Of a stretch of DNA of 64,000 bases, positions 26,903 through 41,971 are shown one piece after another. The DNA comes from Eledone cirrhosa (lineage: Eukaryota). The stretch is taken from positions 119,412,001-119,476,000 of the forward strand of contig OZ024740.1 of NCBI GenBank assembly GCA_964016885.1. Direction: 5' to 3'. Numbering within the stretch: the stretch's first letter is position 1; each line of letters starts with the position of its first letter. The notes under the pieces are model-generated. The model was not told where the DNA came from. It did no database searches and saw only the letters and a list, made by a program, of their open reading frames with translations. Position numbers and translations under genes: made by a program.

Positions 26903-28410
26903 CAGGGGCCTCGTTTGCCTTTAAAATGTGAGGGGGACAAACCAACATTTGTTGGAGCATTTTAGTATTACTTATGGTGTCTTTCCTGAACCCTATCACA
27001 TAAGTAAAATTTTACGCTAATTAAATTTTATATATTCAAATGAAGTTCAGATATAAAAATATAAGCTTAAAAAGTATTTATTATATCAAATAAACAAAGA
27101 ATAAAACATAGACGTTTGAATAAAAATCATATAAAGTAAATTTATTGTCTTTTAGAACTTTCCAAATGTATCACATCTCGCATCATTGGTGTCAATAAAT
27201 AATTTAGCAACTTCTTCACAACTAATCTTTTTCAAAACGTCTCTATGAACGTGGCATATTAGAATATGATGCAACCTTTGCTGAGTCATGGTCGATCGCA
27301 AACAAGTTTTGAGTCTCTGCAGAGTGCTAAAAGATCTTTCAGCTTCTAAAGAACTGTTTAGAAACACTAAAAGTAGCCTGAGCAATCGCTCAATATTTAG
27401 AAACATGCGACGGACTTCTGATTGCATTTCACCCAATATTTTACGATGATCCTCGAGAGATAATCCATTATGATGATTTCTATAAAAAAGTATTTCGTTC
27501 TTTAAAGAAAATTCATCAAACTCTGGATAGTGCATGATCACTTCAGCACAAAAATTTCCATTGAGTAAAATATTGTTCAGTTTTTCATAATCTGCTAAAT
27601 CCTGTGAAAAGAAATAATCTTTCAAATTTGATATTGCAGAATCCACTACCTGCAAATACTGCACTCTGTAATGATCCAAAGCAGTGCAGTGTTGATATTT
27701 TAACGCATTTCCTTCCTGGTATCTTTTAGGAACTTTTCGTTGCCTGGGTAGCTCCAAAGGAGAAATATCGAGTTGATAAATCATTTTTTTTACTGTATTG
27801 AACAGCTCCTGAAGTTTTTCTTCACTGCGTAGATTTTTTTAGCTCCTCCTGCACCAGTTTGACACTATGCAACATGCTACCTAGATTGAAGGTGGTACTT
27901 TGAAAAGATCTGTTCAATCCTTCAAGGGATTGAAGTAATGGAACTACAACGTGCAATCCAAGAACACATTGGCCTGGAGAGTGACACGTAAGAGTAACAT
28001 TAGCTCTGGATGCAATGTTGGTGCCAAACTCATGTGTTGCCTCTTGTAAAGAAATAGGGACGTCTGAATAATTGTCAAGAAGGGCTTTGACTGCAGAAAG
28101 TCGTGTTAGCCATCGAGTAGGGCACACAGGTTTTAAGGAGCGTGGTGACGATACTTCATTTTCTCCATCATGTCGTGATAAATACGCGTGCTTAAATTAC
28201 CCTGATGTACTATATAGTTTCCGAAAATCTAGAACATTTTTAATAAGTTTAGCTTGTTGTACGGACTTAGCTATAAGAAGTTGAGAAATATGAATGCCGC
28301 AGTGCACGTAATGGGCCAACTCAAGTTGTGTTAGAATCTTTAAAATGATCTTTAAAAAATACCCGTACGAATTAAATACAAAAAAAGTTTCAGTCCAAAA
28401 CAAAAACAAA
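26903..28410 (-). pseudogene. Second hAT transposase remnant (ZMYM1-like), nested in the Buster element
   Basis: YVHC..H, CPTRW and AERSFSTL.RLKT.LRSTMTQQRL dimerisation motif; hAT-like end 'caggggcctcg' at 26903. Confidence 0.85.
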
Positions 28411-28940
28411 CTATTTCAAATTATATATTTTTGAAAAATAGACGTGAATGTTCACAAAGACTTGATTTCAGTCTAAAAACTTTTTTCTAAATTATATATT
28501 TCACTGTTAGCTGTTGTAATATTTTGATTGGATAAACAATTCTACAATTCAAACTGTAAAGTCAAAATACAAAAGATGTAAAATATGTAGAATTTCTTAC
28601 CTTTCTCTGAAATCACAAACTCAGGGGAAAAATAGTACCTTGAAAATAAAATACCTCGTAGCAAAATAAAATGCTTAGAAACGAATGAATTAAGAAGCTT
28701 GGTGACAGTGAGAAAGTAGTATTTGTATCCCTTATATATATATACATAGATAGATACACAGACACACACACACACACATACACGCGCAGGCATACACACA
28801 CAGATACACATATACATATACATACACACACAAACTTGTGTGTGTGTATGCCTTGGTTTGGGTACAGAAAGAATTATGTCTAGTCTTTTATTGCCAAGTC
28901 AAAGGCCACTGCTCTTTTCAACAACGCCAAATAACAACGC

Positions 28941-29049
<109 letters not shown>

Positions 29050-29132
29050 GAAGAGAGAAAGAGGGAGGGACAGAGTGAGTAAGAAATGTGTGTTTGTGTT
29101 TGGTACACATCTATCTATCTATCTATCTCCAA

Positions 29133-29535
29133 CAGGGGGCTCAAACATGCGGCTCGCGAACTACTTTTCTGTGGCCCGTGGTAGAACCAATATTTCATAA
29201 TGCATTATAACTGGTGAAAATAAGGCGGTGAGCTGGTGGAATCGTTAGCACATCTGGCGAAATTCTTAACGTTACTTCTTCCATTTTTACGTTCTAAGTT
29301 CAAATTCCGCCGATCTCAACTTTGCCTTTCATCCCTTTGGGGTCGATGAATTAAGTACCAGTTCTGTACTAGGATCGATGCAATCGACTGAACCCTAAAT
29401 GCCAAATTTCATGCCTTGTTCCTGTAGTAGAAAGGATTATAACTGGTTAAATGTTCACCCCCACAACGTCTGGCCCATTGTGCCTCTCCTCCAGGACGCA
29501 ATGGCCCTTTAATGTCCTTGAATTTGAGACCCCTC
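29133..29535. mobile_element. Charlie-like hAT MITE containing a SINE
   Basis: Termini cagggggctcaaa / tttgagacccct; subterminal 'ggccc' motifs; TSD not clearly preserved. Confidence 0.6.
29222..29440 (+). mobile_element. tRNA-derived SINE
   Basis: ggcggtgagctggtggaatcgttag..gttcaaattccgcc..tttgcctttcatcc..gtaccag; related to 58262-58438. Confidence 0.8.
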
Positions 29536-29559
29536 TTCTACACACACACACATATGTTT

Positions 29560-29815
29560 TACATTGTTTCGGTCTCTGGACTACGCCCATGCTGGAGCAT
29601 CACCTTGGTAAGTTATGGGGACATCAACAAACCAACAAGAATTGGTGGGAGGGCAAACACAAACGCAAAGACACACACAGACATATATACATATATACGA
29701 CGGGCCTCTTTTAGTTTCGGTCTATCAAATCCACTCACAGGGCTTTGGTCGGCCCGAGCATTGGGACTGAACCCGGAAATATGTGGTTGGGAAGCAAGCT
29801 TCTTGTCACACTGCG
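29560..29815 (-). mobile_element. tRNA-derived SINE with a Meta-domain-like core
   Basis: Minus strand has B-box 'gggttcagtccc' and 'gtgagtggatttgatagaccgaaactaaaagaggcccgtcg'. Confidence 0.65.
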
Positions 29816-29846
29816 TATATATATATATATGTGTGTGTGTGTGTAA

Positions 29847-29897
<51 letters not shown>

Positions 29898-29898
29898 A

Positions 29899-30576
29899 CC
29901 TTACACACTTAAATATGAATGCATGTATATATATACAAATATATAAATGCATAGCTATATACATACGGAAATGTATGTATGTATATATGTATGTATGTAG
30001 ATTTATATATATATATATGTATGTATTTACGTAGACAACGAGGCGTATGCGCATAAACGCACCTGCACCGTGTCGTATTTGTGACAGTATTGTATTAGCT
30101 CAATGTACAAGAACAGAGCCGTTATATGTAAAAGAAATCAAAGAACGCCTACATACTCATACACTTTTTATTTGCTGACAATGTTTCATCCATACCATGG
30201 GGCAGGAATCATTAGAGCGTTATAAACAAAAATATAGTGCTGAGTATAAGCTCTACCAAGCTTAGTCACCCGAACATTAGTTATACAGTACAGGATAATA
30301 AGAGAGAGATTGGAAATGGAAAGGATGGAGAGAATGCGTAATGGGGTTGTTATTCAACATTACAGCTACATAAGAGGATATAGGCAGATTTTCTCACAAG
30401 AGGCGGAGGAACATGAGGGCACACAGAAACAAATAGAGCATTTAAGGATAGTTAAAAAATATAATAATAATAAAGTAGTATGTATGTAGATTTATATATA
30501 TGTATGTATGCAGATTTATATATATATATATGTATATAGATTTATATATATATATGTATATAGATTTTTATATATA

Positions 30577-30643
<67 letters not shown>

Positions 30644-30726
30644 GTGTGTGTGTGTGTGTGTTGAATAGATAACACACTAGAGAGAGAGATAGTGCCCCAT
30701 CAATCAGACAGGGAAAAACCACCAGT

Positions 30727-30762
<36 letters not shown>

Positions 30763-30850
30763 CTACATACATACATTCATTTACGTATGTATATAGCTAG
30801 GCATTTATACATTTGTATATATACATGCATTTATATTTAAGTGTGTAAGG
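29899..30850. repeat. Inverted repeat pair (~29899-30005 / ~30758-30850) around a PLE-type segment
   Basis: 'ccttacacacttaaatat..' versus '..atatttaagtgtgtaagg'. Confidence 0.7.
30173..30219 (-). ncRNA. Degenerate hammerhead (CTAATGA core)
   Basis: gct-CTAATGA-ttcctgcc ccat ggtatggat-GAAA-cattg-TC-agc; the G5A change is expected to inactivate it. Confidence 0.55.
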
Positions 30851-31679
30851 ATGTTGATATGATCTATGTGTTCTTTTTTGGTAAGAGAAACATTTTGTCG
30901 CCAGAATTTATTACCTAGGGAGGTAAATACCACACTTCTGGCTGAACGCTGACCGGGTTCTGAACCTCATCAAACACTAACGCCAGCCTGTGTGTGTGTG
31001 TATATATGTGTGTGTATGAATGTATGTGTGAGTATGTTCACCACCATTGCTTCTTTTTGTTGTCATTTCTGTTGAAGTATTCCTTATTTTCATTCTCTTT
31101 GATTTCTTTTGATTTTCTTTTATCTCCCTAGGGAATTCATTGACAAGCTTCTTTTATATATTTTCTTCGTTTTCTTCATTCAAATTCATTCACACTGGCT
31201 GTCTAAGAGACGTACAAATATAACTTATAAAACTTACCAAACTAAAGGGGCTTCAAGCGGCCCCAAAGTTTCAAACGCTCCCCTAACGCCCCCTTACTGC
31301 ATAACGCCCCCCTGGAGCTACGAAAGCACCCCGGGGGAGGGTGGGGGGGGGGGGGGGCATATACCCCCCGTTGAGAAACTTTGATCTAGTTCATCCTCTA
31401 CAGAAGCTCGAGACTCTAGAATTCGTTCCTTGCACAGGTCTTCTTCTGTAGCTGCTGATATTAAACATGTTAATCTTAAGAGATGGGTAGATATTTTGAA
31501 TTGGACACAACCTCTTCCTCCAGACCAGATCTATAAGTAAACAGTAAACAGTTTTCTTCTTCTATGATGAGTTAATCGTGTCAATCTATGCATTGGCTAT
31601 ATATATATATATATATATAGCCAATGCATAGATATATATATATATATATATACATATCAATTCATATATATATATACGT

Positions 31680-33159
<1,480 letters not shown>

Positions 33160-33427
33160 TATATATATATATATATTCATATATATATATATATATATAA
33201 TATTCATATATATATATATATATTCATATATATAGATATACATATATATAGATATACATTCATATATATACATACATATATATATACATATATGTAGAGG
33301 TTATATTTAATTTGTTGGGATACAACAAGCAAAATATTTTTTATAACTGATATAAAGCACTCAACAAATTATTGGAGTAAATATACAATATATTAACAAA
33401 TGGAAACTATATTTATAAAACCACATT

Positions 33428-33482
33428 TATTTCATTATACATATTTCAAGGGCCATCAAGTGCGCTTTCATCAGATAAAATA
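33428..33482 (-). ncRNA. Type I hammerhead in a pLTR fragment (33295-33520) of the 1306-1760 family
   Basis: tattttat-CTGATGA-aagcgcacttgatggccctt-GAAA-t atgt a-TA^-atgaaata. Confidence 0.75.
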
Positions 33483-33573
33483 TAATATAGATTAGTTTTA
33501 TAAATAAATATTGACATACCCTGAAAAATGCAACCTTCACGGTTGGACTCTCCTGGATAGTATATATATATAC

Positions 33574-33607
<34 letters not shown>

Positions 33608-34424
33608 CTGCTTGTATGTATTTTATTCTATACTTGTGTTGAATACTCCATTTTTTAAATCTAAATTCCTTTACAGTACATGTGTGTGTGATTCTCTTTT
33701 ATATATTTATGGCTAAGCAGACACAAAAGAGAACGAAAAATTTCATACACAAACCTTCAAACCTATTATACACATTTACACACAAATACACAGAAATGCA
33801 TTATTGTCTTCGTTTTCAATTTAATCTTATTTTGGCTAAGTTTCCTTATTTATTCAGAACATGGTTATGAAAAATATATAATTTAATGAACAAGCATCAA
33901 AATTAACCATTCCTACTATATTACATTATCTACGTATAATAAAATTATTACTTCATCAAACTGGCCAATTCCAATTAGATTTCTATTCAGAAGGTCAGAG
34001 AAAGAGACAATGGAGTGTAAAAGGGCTTATATCTAAATTAAAACATTTGACAGTGTCAAGACTGAGTGCTATTGATCACATCGTGTCATATCAGTAACAG
34101 TAACACCATCCTCCTACAATACAATCTTATCTACTTACCGAGCAGATACACAAACTCTAAGTCAGTTCTATCTCTTAATCATTTCAATTTATTCCATTAT
34201 TAATTTCCTTTTCAGCCAAACTGGCTGCTCTGAAGCCAAGACTTTCTCGTAAGAATATTCCTATTAAGTTGTTTCAATGACAACACAGCAGTTTGTTAAT
34301 TCTACTTGTACTATCTTTCAATGGTATTGTTGTCATGTCAAAATTTATGGAAGCTTAACGTGTTGTGATACATTTTCAATATGAATAAAAAAAAGAAACG
34401 AATAATGAATAAATGAATAAATAA

Positions 34425-34514
<90 letters not shown>

Positions 34515-35596
34515 TTGTAATGTCATTGCAGGCTAATCAGTAAGGAATCGGCCTCATGAGAATGAAATATTGTCTCTTGTTGATATGTGAATTCTCTGAC
34601 GCCTATCTTACTACGACCAGAACGGTTAGTTATTATCTCAGAAAATATATTGGATCAGTAGAAAGAATCCATGATGATATGGCCGTCTAATGTGTATAGC
34701 CAAAACAATTTAAGCAGAAAAAAAAGAGCTATGGATTGTTAGCAGAATGAAGCATATATAGAGGTACGATTAGGTAGACCTATTACATTAGTCTTTTGAA
34801 AATTGCTGGACAGCAATTACTGATGATATACTGTTGTGTAAATTGATGAAGCTATGACAGCACGAAGTAAAGTAAATGCATTTTCAAACCCTGACTACGA
34901 TTTTGGCAGTAGTGATGATACTGATGAGTGGTGGTTTTAGGATGTAAATCTAATCCTTAATTTAAAAATGCTCCCCAAATAGAATAAATCAGTGCGGCAC
35001 GAAAAGAAAATTCTAACGGCTCAAGCAGAAGTCTACTTTTCTCTATGAAAAAATACATATATTCTATTTGAGAGAACCATCCAGCTATCTATGCAGTCAA
35101 GAAGAAAAAATATATGATCCCGAAGATTTTCTTTCAATTCTTATTAGTTCCTTTCTATGTAATGTTTTATGAACATCATGCTATATCGCAATCTCACACA
35201 GACATCACTCCACAGAATTAAAGAAATGATTAAATGCAAGAATAAGATCCTGATGCAGTAATATCACCATAGAAATGGTTCAGAGTAGGTTAGATTGAAG
35301 AAAACGTACAGTGTTTACATATATGCTTTAACAACTACGTTTTAGGTAAATTTTGTTTTATCATTATAACAGAGTCGATAAAATATACACCAGTCAACTA
35401 CTGGGAACAATTAAATTGATCACAAATCCTTCCTTCAATTTAGAAGCCTTGTTTGAAATAAGTGTTTTAGTCATTCTAGCCAGTATTCAAAACTGCCACA
35501 TGTTCTTGTGTAACTAAAAATTAACTTACGTAATGTAATACGTGAAGTAAAATAATTAGCTTTAGATAATATCATTTTAGGGGATATATTTATATT

Positions 35597-35627
<31 letters not shown>

Positions 35628-35650
35628 GTGTGTGAGAGAGAGAGAGAGAA

Positions 35651-35740
<90 letters not shown>

Positions 35741-38700
35741 TGTGTGTGTACGTGAATATACACATCACATTCTGATATATATAATAGCCTTCTATCTACA
35801 GTCTCAACATCTATAAAGACGGGATTGGTAGCCAGCGGCTCATTAGTGAGGTAGTCAACGAAATTCATATACTTATATGCATACAGCTATGTCGGAGCAA
35901 AACTTGAATTATATATATATAAATATATTAGAATGTTTAATAAATTTACCGAACGTATGAAACATCAATGCAGTCAGTGGTAAAAATACACCAATCAGCT
36001 TTGTAGGACCCACAGTTAAATATTGATTTCACCAAAATAACCACATACATTTCTTCTTTGTACTGCATTGATCTCAGGCTTTCTCTCAGATAGGTATATT
36101 GTCATGACAAAGCTCTCTCTGACCCACACATATGAACTTTTCCATTCCTGAAATTTCGGTTTTGCCTTCAATAACTTTTATTTTATAAATTGATGATCTA
36201 CTTGCTATGGTTTTTAAGAATACACACTTTTATAATACTTTCATATGTTCACAGATTGGTCCACATGCAATCTAGACACTGCATTGCTTCCAAAAATTAT
36301 TTTAGTAGAAACATATTAAACTAGTCATTTTAACAGCACATAGACACAATTACTACAAATATGAAGGAAAGTATATTGAACTTCACACATTCCTTGGTAT
36401 TGAACAACCTGAACCACTATCTGAATCACTGTCTTTCTATAAAGTTTAAGAGCCACATTAGGTTATTGATTTTATATGTGGAACGGTGTTGCTTCTAAAC
36501 ACACACACGCAGTTTCCTACATTCCAGTGAGCACCCAAAGAAAGCTTATTATATTTAAAATGCAGAGCTCGCGTGAAGCAATACTTAATAGCTGAGACTT
36601 TCTCAACTCTATCCAAAATTCGTCACTCCACATTCGAAACAATCGTTGACTACTTTCTCACTTCTCTTTCTTTTTTCATTCAGTCATTAAGCTGCAAGAA
36701 TACAAACTGATCACGTTACTTTTTAAAACTTATTTAAAACCTTATATATACACATATATAAGGTAATAATAGCTTCTTACACCATACAAAACAGTGAAAA
36801 CATTATAAGCAAAGCAACATTGACCACAAGAACAATATGTAAAATATATCTAGTTAATGTGTTGAAGCAGATTTTGAAAACATCTTTCCTTCTCTCGTTT
36901 AATTGTCTGTACGAGATTTCAGTTACTTATGCGGTAATGACGAGATTTTGTTTATACATGTAGACCAAACAGCATTGAGAGTGTTTAATGTTCTACAACT
37001 ATTGAACTTTTCACTCTATTAGGTTTTGCATTTCTAAATGATGTGTTCATCATCATGTATGCATTTATCGCTTTGTAGGCACAAGATAACAGAGACACGC
37101 AAAATTAAGTAAATAAAACGGGATTATTTCAATATTGTGTGTTATTCAATGAAAGTTTCCTTTTAATTTCCCTATCAGTTATTCGGTTCTGTAGTTTTGG
37201 AATTAAAAGGAACCATGCAAATCTTGCACGAACATACATCAACTTGGTTAACAGATATCTAAGACTTTTTTTCTACCTTATATATAACTATACTTGAAAA
37301 TAAAATAAATTACCAACGGAAATATATCTATATTAAAAACAATAGTGGTGACTTCCGGTGTTTCTGGACCGCCCTGCTCACTGCTGATGCGAGCCCCATA
37401 AGTTGAAGTGGCTGTTCTACACGTCTCCCTCGCTGTCTTCGGGAAATGTCTTCTCCATTCTATCGCCCAGGACCACGAGGCGGACTGATCATTAAGTTTC
37501 ATTTATGGTGTTGACATGTGGATAAGATTTACTTCCATAAGCATGATTAGTATGAAAGTGAAAACATTAATAGTAACTCCCATACCCTCCATCGCTATAT
37601 ACATAGTTACGTTAATGTTGGTTTATTTAATGCCATTAGAATCAAAACACGAATGAAAACATATATTGACGAAAGGAAGCATAGCCTAATAGCAAGTTAC
37701 ATTTTCCACATTTTGACAAATAAGACACAAATTTAGATAAGTTTCCTCTTTTTAATTCTGTCCAGCAAAATGTAGATAGAGCAGAAAAGTGTGTGGTTAG
37801 CCGAGGAACGCAAAATAGAATGAAAAGTGACCAAATTTGTCTTTGTGTTTTCCTGAAATTATTAAAATAATATTAGTTATTGGAGAACTAATTCTTTCTC
37901 CTCACCAGATCATGATATTTAATTAATGCTTGATTGCATTTGTATATATATTGTTCATCAAGCCATAGGATGATGATCATAAAATGATGCCAAAGCTTAC
38001 GTCTGAATTGGATTTAAGAAAGATGGTGTTACAGAACATCAGCCTAACTTTCTCATCCAGGTGTGCCTTGATATAGAGGTAAGGAAGTTGGTATCTCTGG
38101 ATGCAGTGGATCATCAAAATACCGACAGAGTATTGATACACTCTTAGCATTCCACAATGCAATCTGATCTTTAGTTCGATTGTTCCTCTCCTTTACTGAG
38201 ATCGACCATAATCATGATAGAGTAGACATGACTTAACCACACGAGGGTTTTGAGAGCTGGCGATCGACTCCACTTGATTTAATCCTCCTGCGTTAGTGGT
38301 TTGCTGGGTGTAGGTATCAGGTGGAGTCCAAATGTGGACGATATTTTTGCGAAACATAGCAAAACATGCCATTTGAGATGTTTTCCACCCAACACCTGAT
38401 TAAGTATAATTTACGCCAACTTAGATATTTAGTGATAATGTTAGTCATGTAATGCTATTCAATGGATGTCTGAGGAAAGATGCCTCCAGAAATGAGTTCG
38501 TTAAACCTCCTCAGCGTAGCATAGACTTTACCTCGGAAGTTATTTCACGTACATATTCAAATGATAAAATTAGCATCAGCCATTAAGGAAGTTGAAATCA
38601 ATGGGAAATTGGTGGATAAAGACATATGGTCATGCAGATTGAATGGATTCTACTATAGGACGATGGGTTAGTTATCAATACTATTAAAGAGACTGTATTC

Positions 38701-39289
38701 ACTAACGCTTTGGTCTATAAACAGTCATGAATTTTTCTGGTCTTTTAATCTCTCTTATACTCTTTTTAGGTCAGTCATTCTTCTATATTGATTCTTGTAC
38801 ATCACCTATATATTGTAGTAAACGTCTTAAATCGGAAGCAAGTTTCGTTTCAGTTGACAGCTGTCCTTACCGAAATGTATCCAAATCTCTAAAAAAAATA
38901 CAGTCCATTCTCCTTAGTCATATTCCTGGCCTTGTCAACTACTATTTTATCACTAACATCCAACGGTGGTGGAAACCAAGAAAAATGATTAACTCTTGCA
39001 CCGTCTCAAATTGTTTGCCCGTTTGAATTTATGGAAAAGAAATCCCTTGATACTGAATGATGTTTTGATCATGTAGTGTTGTGGAAAGCATTGTAAACCT
39101 AGCTAATCAAGTGTTCCCAATTTTGGAATCCCCCATTCCAACAAAGAGTAGCTGTGTGAAAGAGTAATCCGTGCCCAACAAAATATTACAGTGAATGCCA
39201 TGAACAAATATCTCTAGCAAATGATCCCTGGAGGTAGGCAGACCTAAAATTCTGCCGACAAATTGTCGGTTGTTCATTATCGCATTTTC

Positions 39290-39938
39290 TGGAATCATCC
39301 AGTATGCTGTCGCACGTCCTTGATTTGAAGAATGGAACAGTCAGCATGCTACGCAGAAATCTGGATCAGCCATGGTTGAGAAATAGGATGCGTATGGCTG
39401 TGACTGAACAGCCTTATATTACCGAAGACAAAATCCTCACTGGATGTGATAAGGGAGACTTCGTATTTATACCTAGAATACCACTAGTACCAACCGATGT
39501 CCTCTTTTGTTTGAAAATATTGCAATTTCCGGCAGGAGTCAGTTACGCAAGGTCAATTAATAAGTCCCAAGGTTAAACACTGCAGGATGCTGGTTTCCAT
39601 CTAGAATAGGGTTGTTTCTCAGGTGATCAATTGTATGTATATTGTTCCAGAGTATGAAGCCCTTACAACCTCTTCATATATATGAAATACGTTTAACTTT
39701 TTTCTTTGCATATACTGAAGTTCTGAAAATGTTTTAAAATTTTCTTAGAAAACATATTTCGATTATTTTCTTTATTACGTTCTGTATTTAAATATTCTAA
39801 ATAAATTATAAAAATTATTTGAAGCAATATTTAAATACCATTTAAATTGTTTTTATTTTAAAGAAAAGGGGCATTACGATAGATGCCAATAAGTGCCTTA
39901 TGAAAAGATTTGAGCACGGTACAGACCGGAAGACCGAT

Positions 39939-39942
<4 letters not shown>
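39290..39942 (+). pseudogene. Helitron 3' remnant (PIF1-like helicase C-terminus)
   Basis: ML.RNL, VFIPRIPL, LQFP, SINKSQG*TL, CFS..QLYV.CSRV; GC-rich subterminal stretch before 'atagt' and (TA)n. Confidence 0.8.
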
Positions 39943-39984
<42 letters not shown>

Positions 39985-40124
39985 TAAAGGTAAACAAGGT
40001 TCAATGAATAAATCAAAGAATAAAGTTTTACAATAGATTAGAAGCACTCCACAGTTTTGGTTTTCCGGAGTTATTAATATTAATTCAAAATATAAAGAAA
40101 AATAGACATTCGTGTGATCAAGTA

Positions 40125-40191
40125 TAGTTTATTATACATTTTTCAGAGGTACTGAGCTATCTTCAACAGTACATCCTCATCAGATAAAATA
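40125..40191 (-). ncRNA. Type I hammerhead ribozyme
   Basis: tattttat-CTGATGA-ggatgtactg..cagtacctct-GAAA-aatgta-TA^-ataaacta; stem III has a mismatch. Confidence 0.7.
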
Positions 40192-40539
40192 ATAATGATG
40201 CATGACATACCCTGACTAAGTAGATGGTTAAAATTCATTCATGGCAGTGAATAAGATATGACAAAACTCAATATTTATATACCTTAAGATTGAGACATGA
40301 AAAAATTACATATAATACAGAGGGTGCGTGTGAGAAAGCTTATAAAAATACATAATAATAACCAGCTACTAATATAATAGAAATTTACATAACTGTTAGA
40401 GATTCAAATAATTTAAATTATTGAAGAAAGAAGAAAGACAGAGAGAGAAACAGATGAGGAAAAAACACATATTTCATTAATTCTTTATAGCGTAAATGCC
40501 CCTTTAAGTATAAATAACTTACAAATAAGTCCAACCCCA

Positions 40540-41055
40540 ACCTAATATAACCTACTTCCCTTATCTCTCCCAGTCTCCTTTCCACTCACTTCTCTTTGAC
40601 AAACCGATGACCAACAGAAAAGCCCTACCCCTAGTACAGCACTGCACCCTTCCATCTCCCATCACGCATAGCCCTACTACATCCACACTACACCCAGCAC
40701 TTCCACCGCATCACGTACTTGCCAAAATTTATATGATAAGCTAAAACACCACACCCCCGCAACTCACATCAACCATCGATCCCCACCACCACCTCGTCAT
40801 TATATTCATCCCCCCACCCATGACACATGTCAAACCACCAATCAAAACAACCTATACTGACCACCATATGGCTGTGAAACATTACTGACATTTCTATGCT
40901 TTATATGTTCATTGTGTCATTATCACAGCAGAGATCCGACGACCATTTGTTTCCAGAGTTGGGCCAGACCGATACAGATCGAACCTTGAGTTGATCAATA
41001 GCGAAACGCGCGTCACTAACCAATAAACGTAATGAAGACATAACAAATCGTCCTT
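40540..41055 (+). mobile_element. C-rich PLE-like 3' end with a decayed hammerhead
   Basis: 'gaaacgcgcgtc' right half-core followed by AATAAA; the left core is not recognisable. Confidence 0.45.
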
Positions 41056-41073
41056 TTATTATTATTATTATTA

Positions 41074-41466
41074 CAGTTGCATTTATCTTGCTTTATGTTC
41101 ATACGAGTTATCACCATGTCACAACCAATGACCTCAAGAGACAACAAGATCCGCCATGTTCAAGAAAGAACATACATACATCTTTAGGTGTTTAGACTTG
41201 TGATGTACTTATATTGACAGAATCTTCCTTAGTATATAGGCAGTTCCCATTAGTACTATCTTTTGTATTTCTCCTATACGAGGGTCTCCTGGGATTTGCG
41301 ATAAGTAATCATTAGACCCCTTAGGTATCATTACTAGAGCGCCCTCAACCACTGGTATTGTTTTAGTTCTCAATTTCCACATTTTTCCAATTTCTATCTC
41401 CAGGTCCTTATACTTGCTCAATTTTTCAAATGTTTTTATAGATACATTCTTGTCCATTGGAACGGA

Positions 41467-41468
<2 letters not shown>
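41074..41468 (-). mobile_element. R4/Dong-like family B, copy B1 (3' ~400 bp)
   Basis: EKLSKY..PVV.GAL..LRKILSI* plus the shared 3' UTR; (TAA)n on both sides. Confidence 0.92.
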
Positions 41469-41501
<33 letters not shown>

Positions 41502-41502
<1 letters not shown>

Positions 41503-41953
41503 TCTTCGGCCAACCCCTCATCAACTTCTTCAAGTTTCACCTGGAAAGGGAGGTGAGGATGGAGAGAGAAGTGCTGCCCCCCCCCCCCCCCCCCCCAGTA
41601 CACTTGCTGAAAGGTGGGTGAATGTGGCGAGAATGGCTCGTGTGAATGGGCCTACTCTCACCATGCACCTGTAGGCTAACTAACTTGAGGAGAGGGGTGC
41701 TCTCCCTGGGTGCCCTAGAAGCGCAGGGTGATTCGGGATTGGTGGAGTAATCGAGTCACCCCGGGGTCGTCCACCCCCTATCGTGGAATTTATTTTGTTA
41801 TATTTATGCATAGTTTATTTTATATTTTTATATTTTCATTGTTAAATTAGTCTTGCCATTGTGCACTTTTACTCGACCTTATTGTAAAACCCCACTGATC
41901 CTCTCTTTGTATTGTCCACTACATGTCGGCTCTTGTGGCTAATAAATGAAATC
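41502..41953 (+). mobile_element. 3' end of a probable Tx1-like LINE, opposite orientation to the array
   Basis: ..GQPLINFFKFHLE..ERWVNVARMARVNGPTLTMHL*, 3' UTR, AATAAA, then an (ATT)n tail; clade assigned from recalled similarity. Confidence 0.6.
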
Positions 41954-41971
41954 ATTATTATTATTATTATT

